Positions 52,301 to 62,911 of a DNA stretch of 64,000 nucleotides are shown here, piece after piece. The notes beneath the pieces were generated by a model, which was given only the letters and a program-made list of their open reading frames with translations, ran no database searches and was not told where the DNA came from. This stretch comes from Eukaryota sp. GEM-RC1 (lineage: Eukaryota): NCBI GenBank assembly GCA_040285855.1, contig JAUFOQ010000017.1:310001-374000 (forward strand), given 5' to 3'. The position numbers and the translations under genes were made by a program. How positions within the stretch are numbered: the stretch's first letter is position 1; the number at the start of each line of letters is the position of its first letter.

Positions 52301-55300
52301 GAGAAATGCAGCAACGAGTCTGTAGAAACAAACAAAGTATTTGCAGTTAAATTGTAAAAGTGGGAAGAGATCATTCTGAGGGTCGATGATATTGAAACAA
52401 GGAGGTCTGTTGTTCTACCATGAAACTTAGATCTGAAAAATTCAATTTCGGAATTTGTGAAATTAAAAGAAAATGAAGTAAATGAAGAGGACATAACGGT
52501 TAACTTGGAACTGAGCACACACCCATCAAATAGACCATATGATGATTGAAAAGTAGAATTGTGAATAGAAACGTTGGAGTTAGAAAAGAGGAAAGATCTC
52601 GAGGAATAAGTACTGACAAAAATATTAGAAAAAATTACGGTTGAGTCAACAATTTCAAATAAGGTCTCCTCAATTCCTTCAATCATCACGTCACCGAAAC
52701 CAATCACTTTCCAATCAACGTCACGAACTTTTCCCAATCCTTGATTGAAAGAGTAACTTCCTTCATGGAAATATACTTTCCCTTTTCTTCCCATTCTTTC
52801 TAAAACTCCTATAAAAGAAGCACAAGGGCTGTTTAAAGTACCACAACAAGGATCATCAATACCAGAAGGAGAAATGTAAGCAACTCGATTTAATTTGACT
52901 ACATAATCATTTACTGAGACTATTAGAGAAGTATTCGAATAATAAGTAGTAATAAGTGAATTACAAGGATTCACTATGGTACTAAATCGTCCATGAAGTT
53001 GACCAGACTCTATAAGAGTATAATTATGACCAGTTCTATCAGAATTTGTGTCAATCTCTAGTTCTAATATTCCATCCAAATAGGCAGTTGAACCAATTGT
53101 TAATTGAGTAGAAATATCATTATTAATTTGAAGGGAGATGATAGAAGAAGGAAGAAGAGAAACAGCACGGTTGAAAATGAAAGCAGATGAAGGGTGAATT
53201 CTTCCAAAATTTAAAATATCAGTATCAATAGTGCCAACTCCTGTCATAGTTTGATAGTCAGAAAGAACAAATAATCGATCAAAAAGAAAAGTTGACTCAG
53301 AAAGAACCAATGTTTCATTGAAAATGAAAGAAACTCTGGAGAACCCAACAGAATTTTTCATCAAAACATCAGAATGACAAGAAATAGTAGTATTAGAGTC
53401 AGTCTGGAACTCTGAAACTGACACGTCATCAAGAATCACGTGACTGAACAAGTCAATGTAATTGGAGAATCGGACTTCACCAGTAATCAATGATTTTGCA
53501 GACCACTGTACAATTAACGACGACGAAAAATTTCCAGAAGCAATTGAAAAATCCAATACAATTGACAATGATGAATTTCCCAGTATTTGGCAATGAACAC
53601 ATGTGAAGTAGTTAACAAAAACCGTTCTATCAGAAGAGGATTTGAAAGTTGAAAAAGACAAATCTAAAGAATGAAAATTGGAAAAGTCAATCTGAGACCA
53701 ACTGTTGATTGTAATCAATTTGAGTTCTGGTTTAGAGATATCAACACTGTCATCAGAGTAGAGCTCACTTGAATGAAGTCTAATAGTGGTGGATTCAGAT
53801 AGAATTTTAGTGTTTTTACTTAAAATCATCACCGAATTTCTATAGAGCTCAAGTTCTGTCAAATTCCTAAAGAATACACCTTCTGATTGAAGGTGTGAGG
53901 AAGTTAAAGAGAGTGATCCAATGTAAACTGAAGCTGCTACAAACTCTGCTATCGAATCCAAAAAGGACAGTTTTCCATTCCCAACTATGCCTTGTGGGAG
54001 ATCAAAAGATAGAAGTTTAATTTCAGCTTCTGTAAGAGTTTTGTTGTAAAACTGGACAGCACGTATTTTACCTTGAAAATCATTACCTTCTGGGTGTATT
54101 TCAGATAGAGGGAAAAAAGGGGGAGGACCATCAAAACATTCGTAGGAAGCGGAAGCAGGAACAGGGTCACTTACCAAAGTTCTATTGACGAACACTCGGG
54201 ATGATACTTGATCAAATGTATATACAACGTTAAACCACTCACGAAAAGGAAGAACATCATGAGTAATAGAAGAACCCCAGTGCAGACTATTGTCTGAGAA
54301 GTGAAGGGTGCAAGGAGGCTGACCCCGCCCAAAACCTGCACCACCTCCTTCTTCCAAGTACATCCAGAGAGAAATGGAGGCATCTCTCCAACCATGAGCT
54401 TCAGGAATATTTGGAAGAAAGAGAGTGTCGCCTGATTTGATATCTAAATACCCACCAATACTGTCAGTTTTCCATTGTGGTCCATCAATTTTGATTGCAT
54501 TGATATCGTGCTGTCCTGAGAAGTCAATTGTACTAGGTGAATAAACCCAGTTGTAGTAAAGAAACAAGTCTGGATTGGAAGAATCAAAAGTACTGTCAAT
54601 AGTAAAATTAGAAGACGCAACAACGAATTCTGAGTGTTCTAGAATTTGGAGTACATTACGAGTAATAAAACTGAATTCTGTTTGAAAACAGGAATGATGA
54701 TTCAGGGTAAACATGGCATAGTTTAAAATATCAAAATTAGACCGAAACGAACAGAATTCAGACAACACAAGAGTGTTGGAGAATGTTAGTTCCGCAAACA
54801 TAGAGTCAGAAGAAGACAATACAAGAGAGGACGACGGAGTACACTTAACAACCACGGAATCAAAAGCTAATTGAGAATTATCTGAATGTAAGGTAAGTGA
54901 ATTGTTAAAAAACAATTCTTCTGTAATTGTCAATGATTCTACTAGTATAACCTTATCGTCACCATATAGATTGATGACGTTTACTTTAGATTCACTTAGA
55001 GATATACAACCATCAAACCAATGAAATACTATAGCTTCTAAGTAACCTTTGCAGCTAAATTCGCTACCAGAATTTAGAATTAAAGAATTAATTGAAATGG
55101 ATTCAGTATTAGTAAAAACACTATCTGTTAAAGAAAGAACATCGAAATGAAGTTCCAAAGAAGTTGAAGTAAATGAGGAAGAATCTAACTCAAAATTGGG
55201 AAGGAAGAAGTCAGAAGAAAGGAAACGGCCATGGATTTCCAATAATAGAATCGTTCTTAGCAATAGTACAATTAACAGAAAAGAAAGCTGCTGGAGTAAG

Positions 55301-58206
55301 AGTAAACGATGAATTTAAACTAGAGAAGGATTTGAAGTTCAAATTGGAAAATGAATTAGCATGAAAGCACGAGTTGTTAATCAATACACTTCCATTTCCA
55401 AATATTTTAGATGAATATCCTAATTGAGCATTAGACAATTCTCTAATTTCAATTTCAGAAAGTTTCTGTGATAGAACAGTAACTCCTCTAATTCTACCTT
55501 TCAAAAACTGATCAGAAGATGGTACCCAGTCATTACCACTCTTGTAATAGACAGATCCCAGAGGGAAGAGATCAACAAACTCATCACAGTCATAGTTGCC
55601 GTTGACAGAAGCAATCAGAGCTCCATTAATGTACATTTGAGCTCCACTATGATCTGTAGTAACAATCAGGGAGATCCACTGATTTCTTGGAATTAAAAGA
55701 TCTTCAATGGTTTTATCACCAAAAGATAACTGATCTCCAATCACTAATCCACAACCAGAAGGATTAGTACTAAATCCAAATCTATTCGTAAAGTCAGAAT
55801 CAAACCAGATTGAAAAGGCAAGTGTTAATGGCTCTTGGCCAAATTTGTTTCCAATCTTTGGAATTTTTAAAACATCCGTAGAACTTTCAAATTGGTAATA
55901 ACCATTAGAATTCCAATCAGCACCAGAAAGATTCAAGATACTGTTGTTGTTTCCAGAGAAGTCATGTCCTGAAGGATTTGTTGACCAATCATAATAAATA
56001 ATCAATGAAAAATCAACTCCAAGTGTAGAAATAGAAGAAACTATTTGAAGTTGCGAGTTGTGATCTATTCGATATTAGATGTGAGGTGAGAATCTACATG
56101 AAGAGATAATGAGGTATTCAACAATTTGAAGTTTCCATCAAATATTAAAGTAATTGGCAGTGTGGAATAGAAGGATAACTGTGGAATTTCAATTATTCCA
56201 TCGATAGAAAGACATAAATCATAATTCAGATTCAATTCAACACTTAATTCAGAAGTCATCATCTTACCAATAGAAATTTTACTTAAAGTCAATTCTGGAT
56301 TAGAAGTACAAAACACTAACGTGTTTACTTTCAATTCTCCAACACCTTCAATTGTTCCACAATACCAGTACAAAGTGTCGACAAAACAATCAGAATCTAA
56401 AGTAAGAGTAGAACATTCAGATGCTCCCAAAACAAAATAATTAAAATAAGGTTCACCAGGGGGAGTCGACAATCAAAATTCCACCTAAATTGAAATTTGA
56501 TAAGAAAAAGAAAGAATCGCTTAATAGATTCAGCGTCCCAGAGAGATAAATTGGAAGATAAATTAGATTGAACAGCTGAATTCCACTACAATTGACTGAT
56601 CCTGTGATTTGATTGGTGTCTTGCAAAGTGAGTATACCATCCTTGGATGATGACCTGATTGCATCAAAAGGAGCTGAACTAAAGGCAATATTGGATCTTG
56701 CATAAATAGTAACCCCAGTAATTCTCTCACCAGTCAAACCAGTAATAATACCAGGAAGATGTGATGGGGCACTAGGAGAAACAACTCTACCTAGAGAACC
56801 AAACTGACTTAGACCCCAAGACCACACGTCATTGTTGACGTCAACAGCAATAGAATGAGTATACCCTGCAGCAACAGTAATCACTTCCCCAGTCACTTTT
56901 AATTGAACCGGCATAATAGAATTAGAGCTAGACTCTGTCCCTAATCTTCCAAAATCATTCACACCCCAACTCCAGAGGTTTTGAGCAACATCAATTCCAA
57001 GAGCATGATACCCAATGACATCAATAACGCTAAACTGAATATCTTTGGCAAATTGATTTGGAGTTGAATGAATTTCAGAATCGCCTAATTTTAAACCACA
57101 AGTAGAAGTCGACCCATTTTCTTTGATGAAAAAGAAGTTGTGATTCCAGCAGCAATAAATTTCACATTATGCAAATTTTCAATCAAAACTGGTGAAATGA
57201 CGTCATCAATACTTTGTCTGCACAGAATATTCCACTCACCAAAACCCCACCCAAAAACGTCACCATCTCTAGTTAAAGCAAACAGTGTTCGATGACGACC
57301 AGCAATTTGTTGAATATCGTTTAAATCTGGAATTAAAGTTGGGACATGTCTATCAATTAAATCTCCCAAACCTAATTCACCAACACCGTTACCTCCCCAA
57401 GAAAGAACAGAACCATCGACACTCAAAGCGAAACTTGAAGACCAGGTACTGAGGACCTGAATAATCCTTGAAATTTGAATTTTCTCGTGAATTTTTCGAT
57501 CGCCACCAACGAAACCCAATCGACCATTATCATTGCTTCCAGAAGTATAAACGTCACCATTTGTTAACAGAACTAGAGAATGACGAAATCCAACTGAAGC
57601 TTGCTTTACGGTATCAAAAAGTCTAACTTCCGTTGGAGTACCTTGATTTTCAGATAGGTCACCACCGAGTACTCCATCTTCACAATTACCCCAAACGTTA
57701 AGAAATTCAGAACTTCTTAGGGTAGCATTATTCTTATATGAAGTAGTAGTACAATTAATGAGAAGGAGCTCACTGGTGTCGTCAAGGTCAATCACTCCAC
57801 GTTTCCAGTCAAAAACCCTTGATATGATGAGTTTGTGAGATACAAGGGTTATAATGTCAGCATCCACTATAAGAGAATCTGTTGAAGTAAAAGACAGAGG
57901 AGACGAGATATCAGTGTTCAAAGTACCTCCATTTATGACAAAGCTGTCAGACACTGTTAACGTTGAGTTGTTTTGAAAGAGCAGAACAACATTGGAGGAG
58001 ATCTTTAGAGATGAAATAGAAAAGCTGGAGTCAACTGTTACAGTAATCGAAGTCATCTGAGGAGGAAGAACAACAAAGGAAGAACCGTTGGAAACAAGAC
58101 CAGGTTCCCAATTGTTTTTATCAGACCAAACGCCATCACCTGTAGCAGTCCACTGATGTAGAGAACCCAGAGCAAAACAACACAATAGAAGCACTACTAC
58201 AGTCAT
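46316..58206 (-). CDS. Giant multidomain surface receptor, copy B (~3,960 aa)
   Basis: Colinear with copy A throughout. Only single-base indels (~9) interrupt it, and I saw no nonsense substitutions. Confidence 0.75.
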
Positions 58207-58712
58207 CACGATGACAAGACAAAATCAAGAGTAAAAGACTACCTGACCTTTCCTTATTAGATCAACAACCCTAATCCTGACCAGTCAAAATCTACATCAA
58301 GCAGTGTACTGTACTCTTTGGTCAACAATTTGTGATCTGGCTTTCAGTTCTATCACTTCATGAATATCACATCAGGTACCAATTTATTGCAATAGTATTG
58401 CTACAACATTTTGGGCCCCAATCAATAATTGGTATTGGTCCAATATATTGCAATAAATTGGACCAATAAAATCATCAAATAATCCCTATGAAAGTAATTT
58501 CTGTCTATCAATTGGTAAAGTATATGAAGTACAAACTGCTTCAAAAAGGATGATGGTGCTTATGATATTTTACTTTGATCAAGTCAATTTTGAAAAAGGT
58601 ACACCTTGAAGAATTCTGAAACAATTAATCTCCAAAAAGTAGGGATACTTTACAACAAAGAAACATTGCCAATATATTCTTATTGCAAAAATATTGCAAA
58701 ATGGGTTGTAAT

Positions 58713-60016
58713 CATAGTTGCGAATCACAAATTTTTGTGATGTGAAATTGTGATTGTTGTGATATCCTATCAAGTCCAATATCACAAAGTTAAAAATTTG
58801 TGATTTTGTGATGTGATTGTTGTGTTATTGAATTTTTAAAATTTTTGCATTACCATGTGCTTATTACTATCATAAACAATGTAGAGTACAAGAATTCGAT
58901 TCACCAACTGATGATATAGAAGTAAAGTTAACATCGGAACTGAAGAAACAATTAATGTGTGTTTGTTTTTTTAAAAAATTAATGTCTTAATATTCCCCAT
59001 CTATATTAGACTCCATGGAAGATCCTAACTAGCTTACACCGACATATTTCCTTGAGGAGTTTCCTTTGGGATACGATTGGAGAGTTTTATTACTCAAATG
59101 TCGGATTTGGAATAGTATTGAACCTTACTTCTAAAGGCCAGGGGCTGTCAAAATTGAATTGGCAATTAATTGGTCATCATCAAACAGACGTAGCAATCAA
59201 AATCGCAATAATTGCTATTAATTGAAGCCAATTGACCAATTTATATGAACATAGTAGAATCTCACAAAAACTCCTACAATGAAAATGTGGGTGATCACAT
59301 TTTAGTATAATGATTTTACAGAAACTACATGTATCTATCAATCATCTCGTCTTTCACAGACTTCAGTGTTTATTGCAAATACTGCGAAATGCAACTACGT
59401 CCCAAGAATTCATGTTACTTGTCATGAATAAAGACGTATTTGTACGGACTACCCTTCAGACAGAGGTTATTATAGGCTGAGCAGTGAAGAATGTTAAGAA
59501 GAGACGTTTTCAGTCTTCGCCTATTGGCTAATGAGGGGTTATAGAAGCAGGCGCAGTTGCAAAGTTGTGCGCCACAGAAGTTTGACGATTGTAAAGAAAG
59601 GCTGATTTGTCAGTCTTGATATTCTGTATAAAATTTATTCTGTTTTGCAATAGAAACGAGTCTAGCAATTCTCAATACGGACGCTATTAATGGGCAATTA
59701 ATTCACAATTCTGCAAGTGGTATCAATCAAATATTGCAATAATTTATTGGCAATAATTGGAAGTCCAAGTCAATACTGACAGCCCTTGCTAAAAACTCCA
59801 AAGGTCTTCCACAGCGTGAAATTAAGCGTAAGAACAGGACACTTACTGCAGTTGTTACAATTCATTAACTTTTTAAAATCAATTTTCATCAATCATTGTG
59901 ATATTGTGATGTTAAATCACAAATATGACATAAATATTGTTTGTGATGTGAATTTGCCATGTGATTGTTGTGACTCACAAAATCACAAAGTCAAACTTTT
60001 GTGATTCCCAACTATG
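58713..60016. mobile_element. Middle hAT-like element of the nested stack
   Basis: TIRs CATAGTTGCGAATCACAAA / TTTGTGATTCCCAACTATG. TSD GTTGTAAT/GTTGCAAT (7/8). TGTGA/TCACA subterminal arrays. Confidence 0.85.
59139..59788. mobile_element. Inner hAT-like element of the nested stack (650 bp)
   Basis: TIRs CAGGGGCTGTCA / TGACAGCCCTTG. TSD CTAAAGGC/CTAAAAAC (6/8). GCAAT/AATT subterminal repeats. Confidence 0.72.
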
Positions 60017-60271
60017 GTTGCAATCAATAAACACTATTCCCAATACCAATATATTACTATACCAATAAATTGTTGACAGTCCCTGATATCACATTGATCT
60101 TGTTTCATCATTTGACGAATGTACGTTATGACACTCTGTAGTGACGTCATGGTAAATTAACATCTTATGTCATAACAAAAGTAACATCGTTAAATCGTTT
60201 AACTAGATAGTTTTTCGACATTTTTGATATAAATTTAATAGCCAAAGCTGATAAACAACAGAGGAGTAAAG

Positions 60272-60749
60272 TAGAGAAGGGAAAATCCTGGAGTAATACT
60301 CGAGTACTACTCAACGTCCCTGAATGGTGAGTTTGAATACTACTCAAGTGTCTGAGTAGACTCATTGAGTAGTACTCATCACCAAACATTTGTATTAGAC
60401 TTTCAAGCAGATAATCACCCTTGTATTGTTCTATTTGTCGTCAAAAGATCTATTTATCTGATATTGAATTGCAGTTTTACCGTTCTAAACTCAAAATTGC
60501 TTGAACATCCTCAGAATGATTCGACTAATAAACAAGAATGAACAACAACTATTAGTAACAACTAGACGTTGAGTAAAACACTTCTATTTATCGCTGCAGT
60601 AGAAGACTACTATCCATTCACACGATAGTTTCGACTAATCAACTAAGGTAAGTTAAGTAGTTCTTGAGTAGTACTCGGTATACTCTACTCAAATTCTCGA
60701 CTTGAGTATCAACTCAGTAGTACTTGAGTAGAGTACTTTGTCATCTCTA
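60272..60749. mobile_element. Ac-like non-autonomous hAT element (478 bp)
   Basis: Ends TAGAGAAGGGAAAA / TTTGTCATCTCTA. TSD GAGTAAAG/GAGTAAAT (7/8). GAGTA/TACTC subterminal arrays at both ends. Confidence 0.75.
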
Positions 60750-60924
60750 GAGTAAATAGCCAATTGTTTTTGAATAAGACTGTATTATGCAGTATCGGTA
60801 TTTTGTTAAACCTACGTCTATTTTCCAACTATGGGGTAATTATGTAATGAAACAGAGTTGTAGTTTTTGATTCATCAATAGTATTGTATAATTTAAAATA
60901 GGTGCTGGTTAACAGAAACCAGTA

Positions 60925-61208
60925 TTAAACAGAAGAATACCTTGAAATACGGTAAAAAGAAGCCGCATGTATTCCGCACGTGCGCGTATGGAGTAAGTTA
61001 CCGAACGTGCTGTACGCATTTCGAACTATGGTTCTAAGAATTCCAATTCTCTGAAGAGGACCATCTAACTTTGCCTTATGCAACATGTCAACAGCGAATA
61101 ACATGGCGTGAGTAAGATAGCGTCTGGCATAAATCAGGAAGTGACGAACATAGCATTGGAATTGTTGACACACAAATTCTTCAATGTGTCGATGCGTTTG
61201 AAAACATG
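60925..61208 (-). CDS. Possible small hypothetical protein
   Basis: Locally higher GC and an open frame (HIEEFVCQQFQCYVRHFLIYARRYL...). Starting at the nearby ATG needs a one-base correction. No family recognised. Confidence 0.25.
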
Positions 61209-61479
61209 ATTGTGAAAACAACAAATAAAAACAGTGATAAAACAATTTGAATGTTATGTTTATGAGACGTTGGAGTAGAAACAAGTGTAATACAATGAAT
61301 AATCATGCAGATGTGAATGTTGTAGTGTGGTTGAACAAAGAGCATCATTATAAGGCCATTACTACTGTTGCACACATACCTTTTAAACTACGTTTCCAAT
61401 GACGTTTACAAGACATCACTAACCTCTTTGAAATGTTTCATTCAACACCGACAATATCAATCAAAATTGAGTCGACTGA

Positions 61480-62760
61480 TCAAAGAATCATTTCAGATTC
61501 ATCCGACGGAGGAACTGTAACAGTCAAGAACAGCTCATTAAGCAAATCATACAGCTTACAATCACGAATCGATCCCAATCCAATCAGAATCACATCACGT
61601 ATTCTTTCTGGTAACGGAGCATACTTCTCCATTAACGGCAAGACTAACTTCAAGCCATTATCTCCAGCAATTCTAACAACACAATAACAAATAACTTCAA
61701 CTGAATCAATAACCAAGTCTTTTTCTAAATACTGTAGAAACAACGACAGTGTTTTCTCCAAAACTTCCGGATACTTCTTAGCATACTTAATAACAATCAA
61801 CGACAAGCACTCCGCTGCTAAATGACGTAGTACCAGATCACCAGTAGAACTATCAATGACCGAATCATCAAACGAAACACTCAAGTGTAGAAATCCTTGG
61901 AAGTCTTCTTGAGTGACTGTAGGGAGTGAAGTACAGACCATGATACTGATTAGTGATGGACAAATGTAATGAAGGTAATTGTCCAAAACTAAAAATCGTG
62001 ATTGACCGAGAGCGGTGAAGGTCGCAATCAAGGCTGGAAGATGTGGAAAGTCTGAAGAATTCTTCTGACTTCCGTCCTGTTGTACTAAATACTGGGTAAT
62101 AAGTTCTGATACTGAATAGCAAATATAAGGTAAGAGTTGATGGAGTCCAGTATCTCCCTTGAGTGAAGTCAGTGCACTTTTCCTAAGTTCAAGTGATTCT
62201 GATTTTAAACAAATGAGAAGTCTCGCATAGAATTCATTGAGTTCACGAGAGAGAGTATGGCGGATAGGTAGAACTACAGGAACACCTCTACTGTCAGTGG
62301 TGGCTGAAGAGAGAATGTCTTGAGGTGGGGTAGAGACGGATCGAGTTGGAGCTAATGGACCTTGAACTTGTTTTCCTTCCACCACTAACCAATTAACAAG
62401 GAGAGAGGGGGAAGTTGGGATGGGAGTAAGATCTAGAGAACCCCGGGATTCAGAAACAAGAACAGAATCGACGTGGAGACGACCATCGGCTTCGTAGAGT
62501 AAGTCTCGTACGGTATGGAATTTAACAGATTTGCCAAAGAATCTGCCGTATATTCCGTCAAGTCTGCGCATTTCAAGAACTGAATTAAGATCAGATACTG
62601 TAAGTTTAGGTCGTTTTAGCGATTTTGAGACTCTGCTAACATCTTGAATGATGTCAAGGAGACGGAATTCGACATCACGAGCAATAGTTTCAGAAACATC
62701 AGATGAAATATGTAAGCCATGACTTTTTAAACACCGTGTGATAAATTGTGGTGATATCAT
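61480..62760 (-). CDS. TAF6: TFIID subunit 6
   Basis: H4-like fold (IARDVEFRLLDIIQD...KRPKLTVSDLNSVL...IYG), plus NWLVVEGKQ, HTLSRELNEFY, ALTSLKGDTGLHQLLPY and LRHLAAECL. Confidence 0.9.
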   Translation of the reverse strand: MISPQFITRCLKSHGLHISSDVSETIARDVEFRLLDIIQDVSRVSKSLKRPKLTVSDLNSVLEMRRLDGIYGRFFGKSVKFHTVRDLLYEADGRLHVDSVLVSESRGSLDLTPIPTSPSLLVNWLVVEGKQVQGPLAPTRSVSTPPQDILSSATTDSRGVPVVLPIRHTLSRELNEFYARLLICLKSESLELRKSALTSLKGDTGLHQLLPYICYSVSELITQYLVQQDGSQKNSSDFPHLPALIATFTALGQSRFLVLDNYLHYICPSLISIMVCTSLPTVTQEDFQGFLHLSVSFDDSVIDSSTGDLVLRHLAAECLSLIVIKYAKKYPEVLEKTLSLFLQYLEKDLVIDSVEVICYCVVRIAGDNGLKLVLPLMEKYAPLPERIRDVILIGLGSIRDCKLYDLLNELFLTVTVPPSDESEMIL

Positions 62761-62796
62761 GGTTGATAAGTGGGAGTTTCGTAGTTTGTAAAGAAC

Positions 62797-62812
62797 CTAC
62801 TACTAGTAGTAG
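62797..62812. promoter_or_regulatory. 16-bp perfect palindrome in the TAF6/prenyltransferase divergent spacer
   Basis: CTACTACTAGTAGTAG lies in the 151-bp head-to-head spacer. Its function is inferred only from position. Confidence 0.35.
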
Positions 62813-62911
62813 ACAGTATAATTGTAAACAAAACTTTTGAAAACAGATTTCTCTTCAATCTCACCATCTTGACTGAACTTATCAATCAGAACTGTTGCAC
62901 ATCCACATCCA

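Larger units (their letters stand above)
33188..58300. repeat. Tandem segmental duplication of a ~12.1-kb unit (~33188-45270 and ~46240-58300)
   Basis: Similarity extends into the flanks: TCGTA..AAAGTGTCAGT downstream and ACCTGACCT.TCCCT...AATCTAC.TCA.GCA upstream. Confidence 0.92.
58373..60085. mobile_element. Outer hAT-like element of a nested stack
   Basis: Right end CAATAAATTGTTGACAGTCCCTG; left end CAGGTACCAATTTATTG (partly deleted TIR). Flanked by the direct repeat ATATCACAT (58364-58372, 60086-60094). CAAT/ATTG subterminal repeats. Confidence 0.7.

Noticed and set aside
33188..58300. The duplication as an assembly artefact (uncollapsed haplotypes)
   Set aside because: The copies differ by many codon-level substitutions, have a strongly divergent RCC1 block and have different outer flanks.
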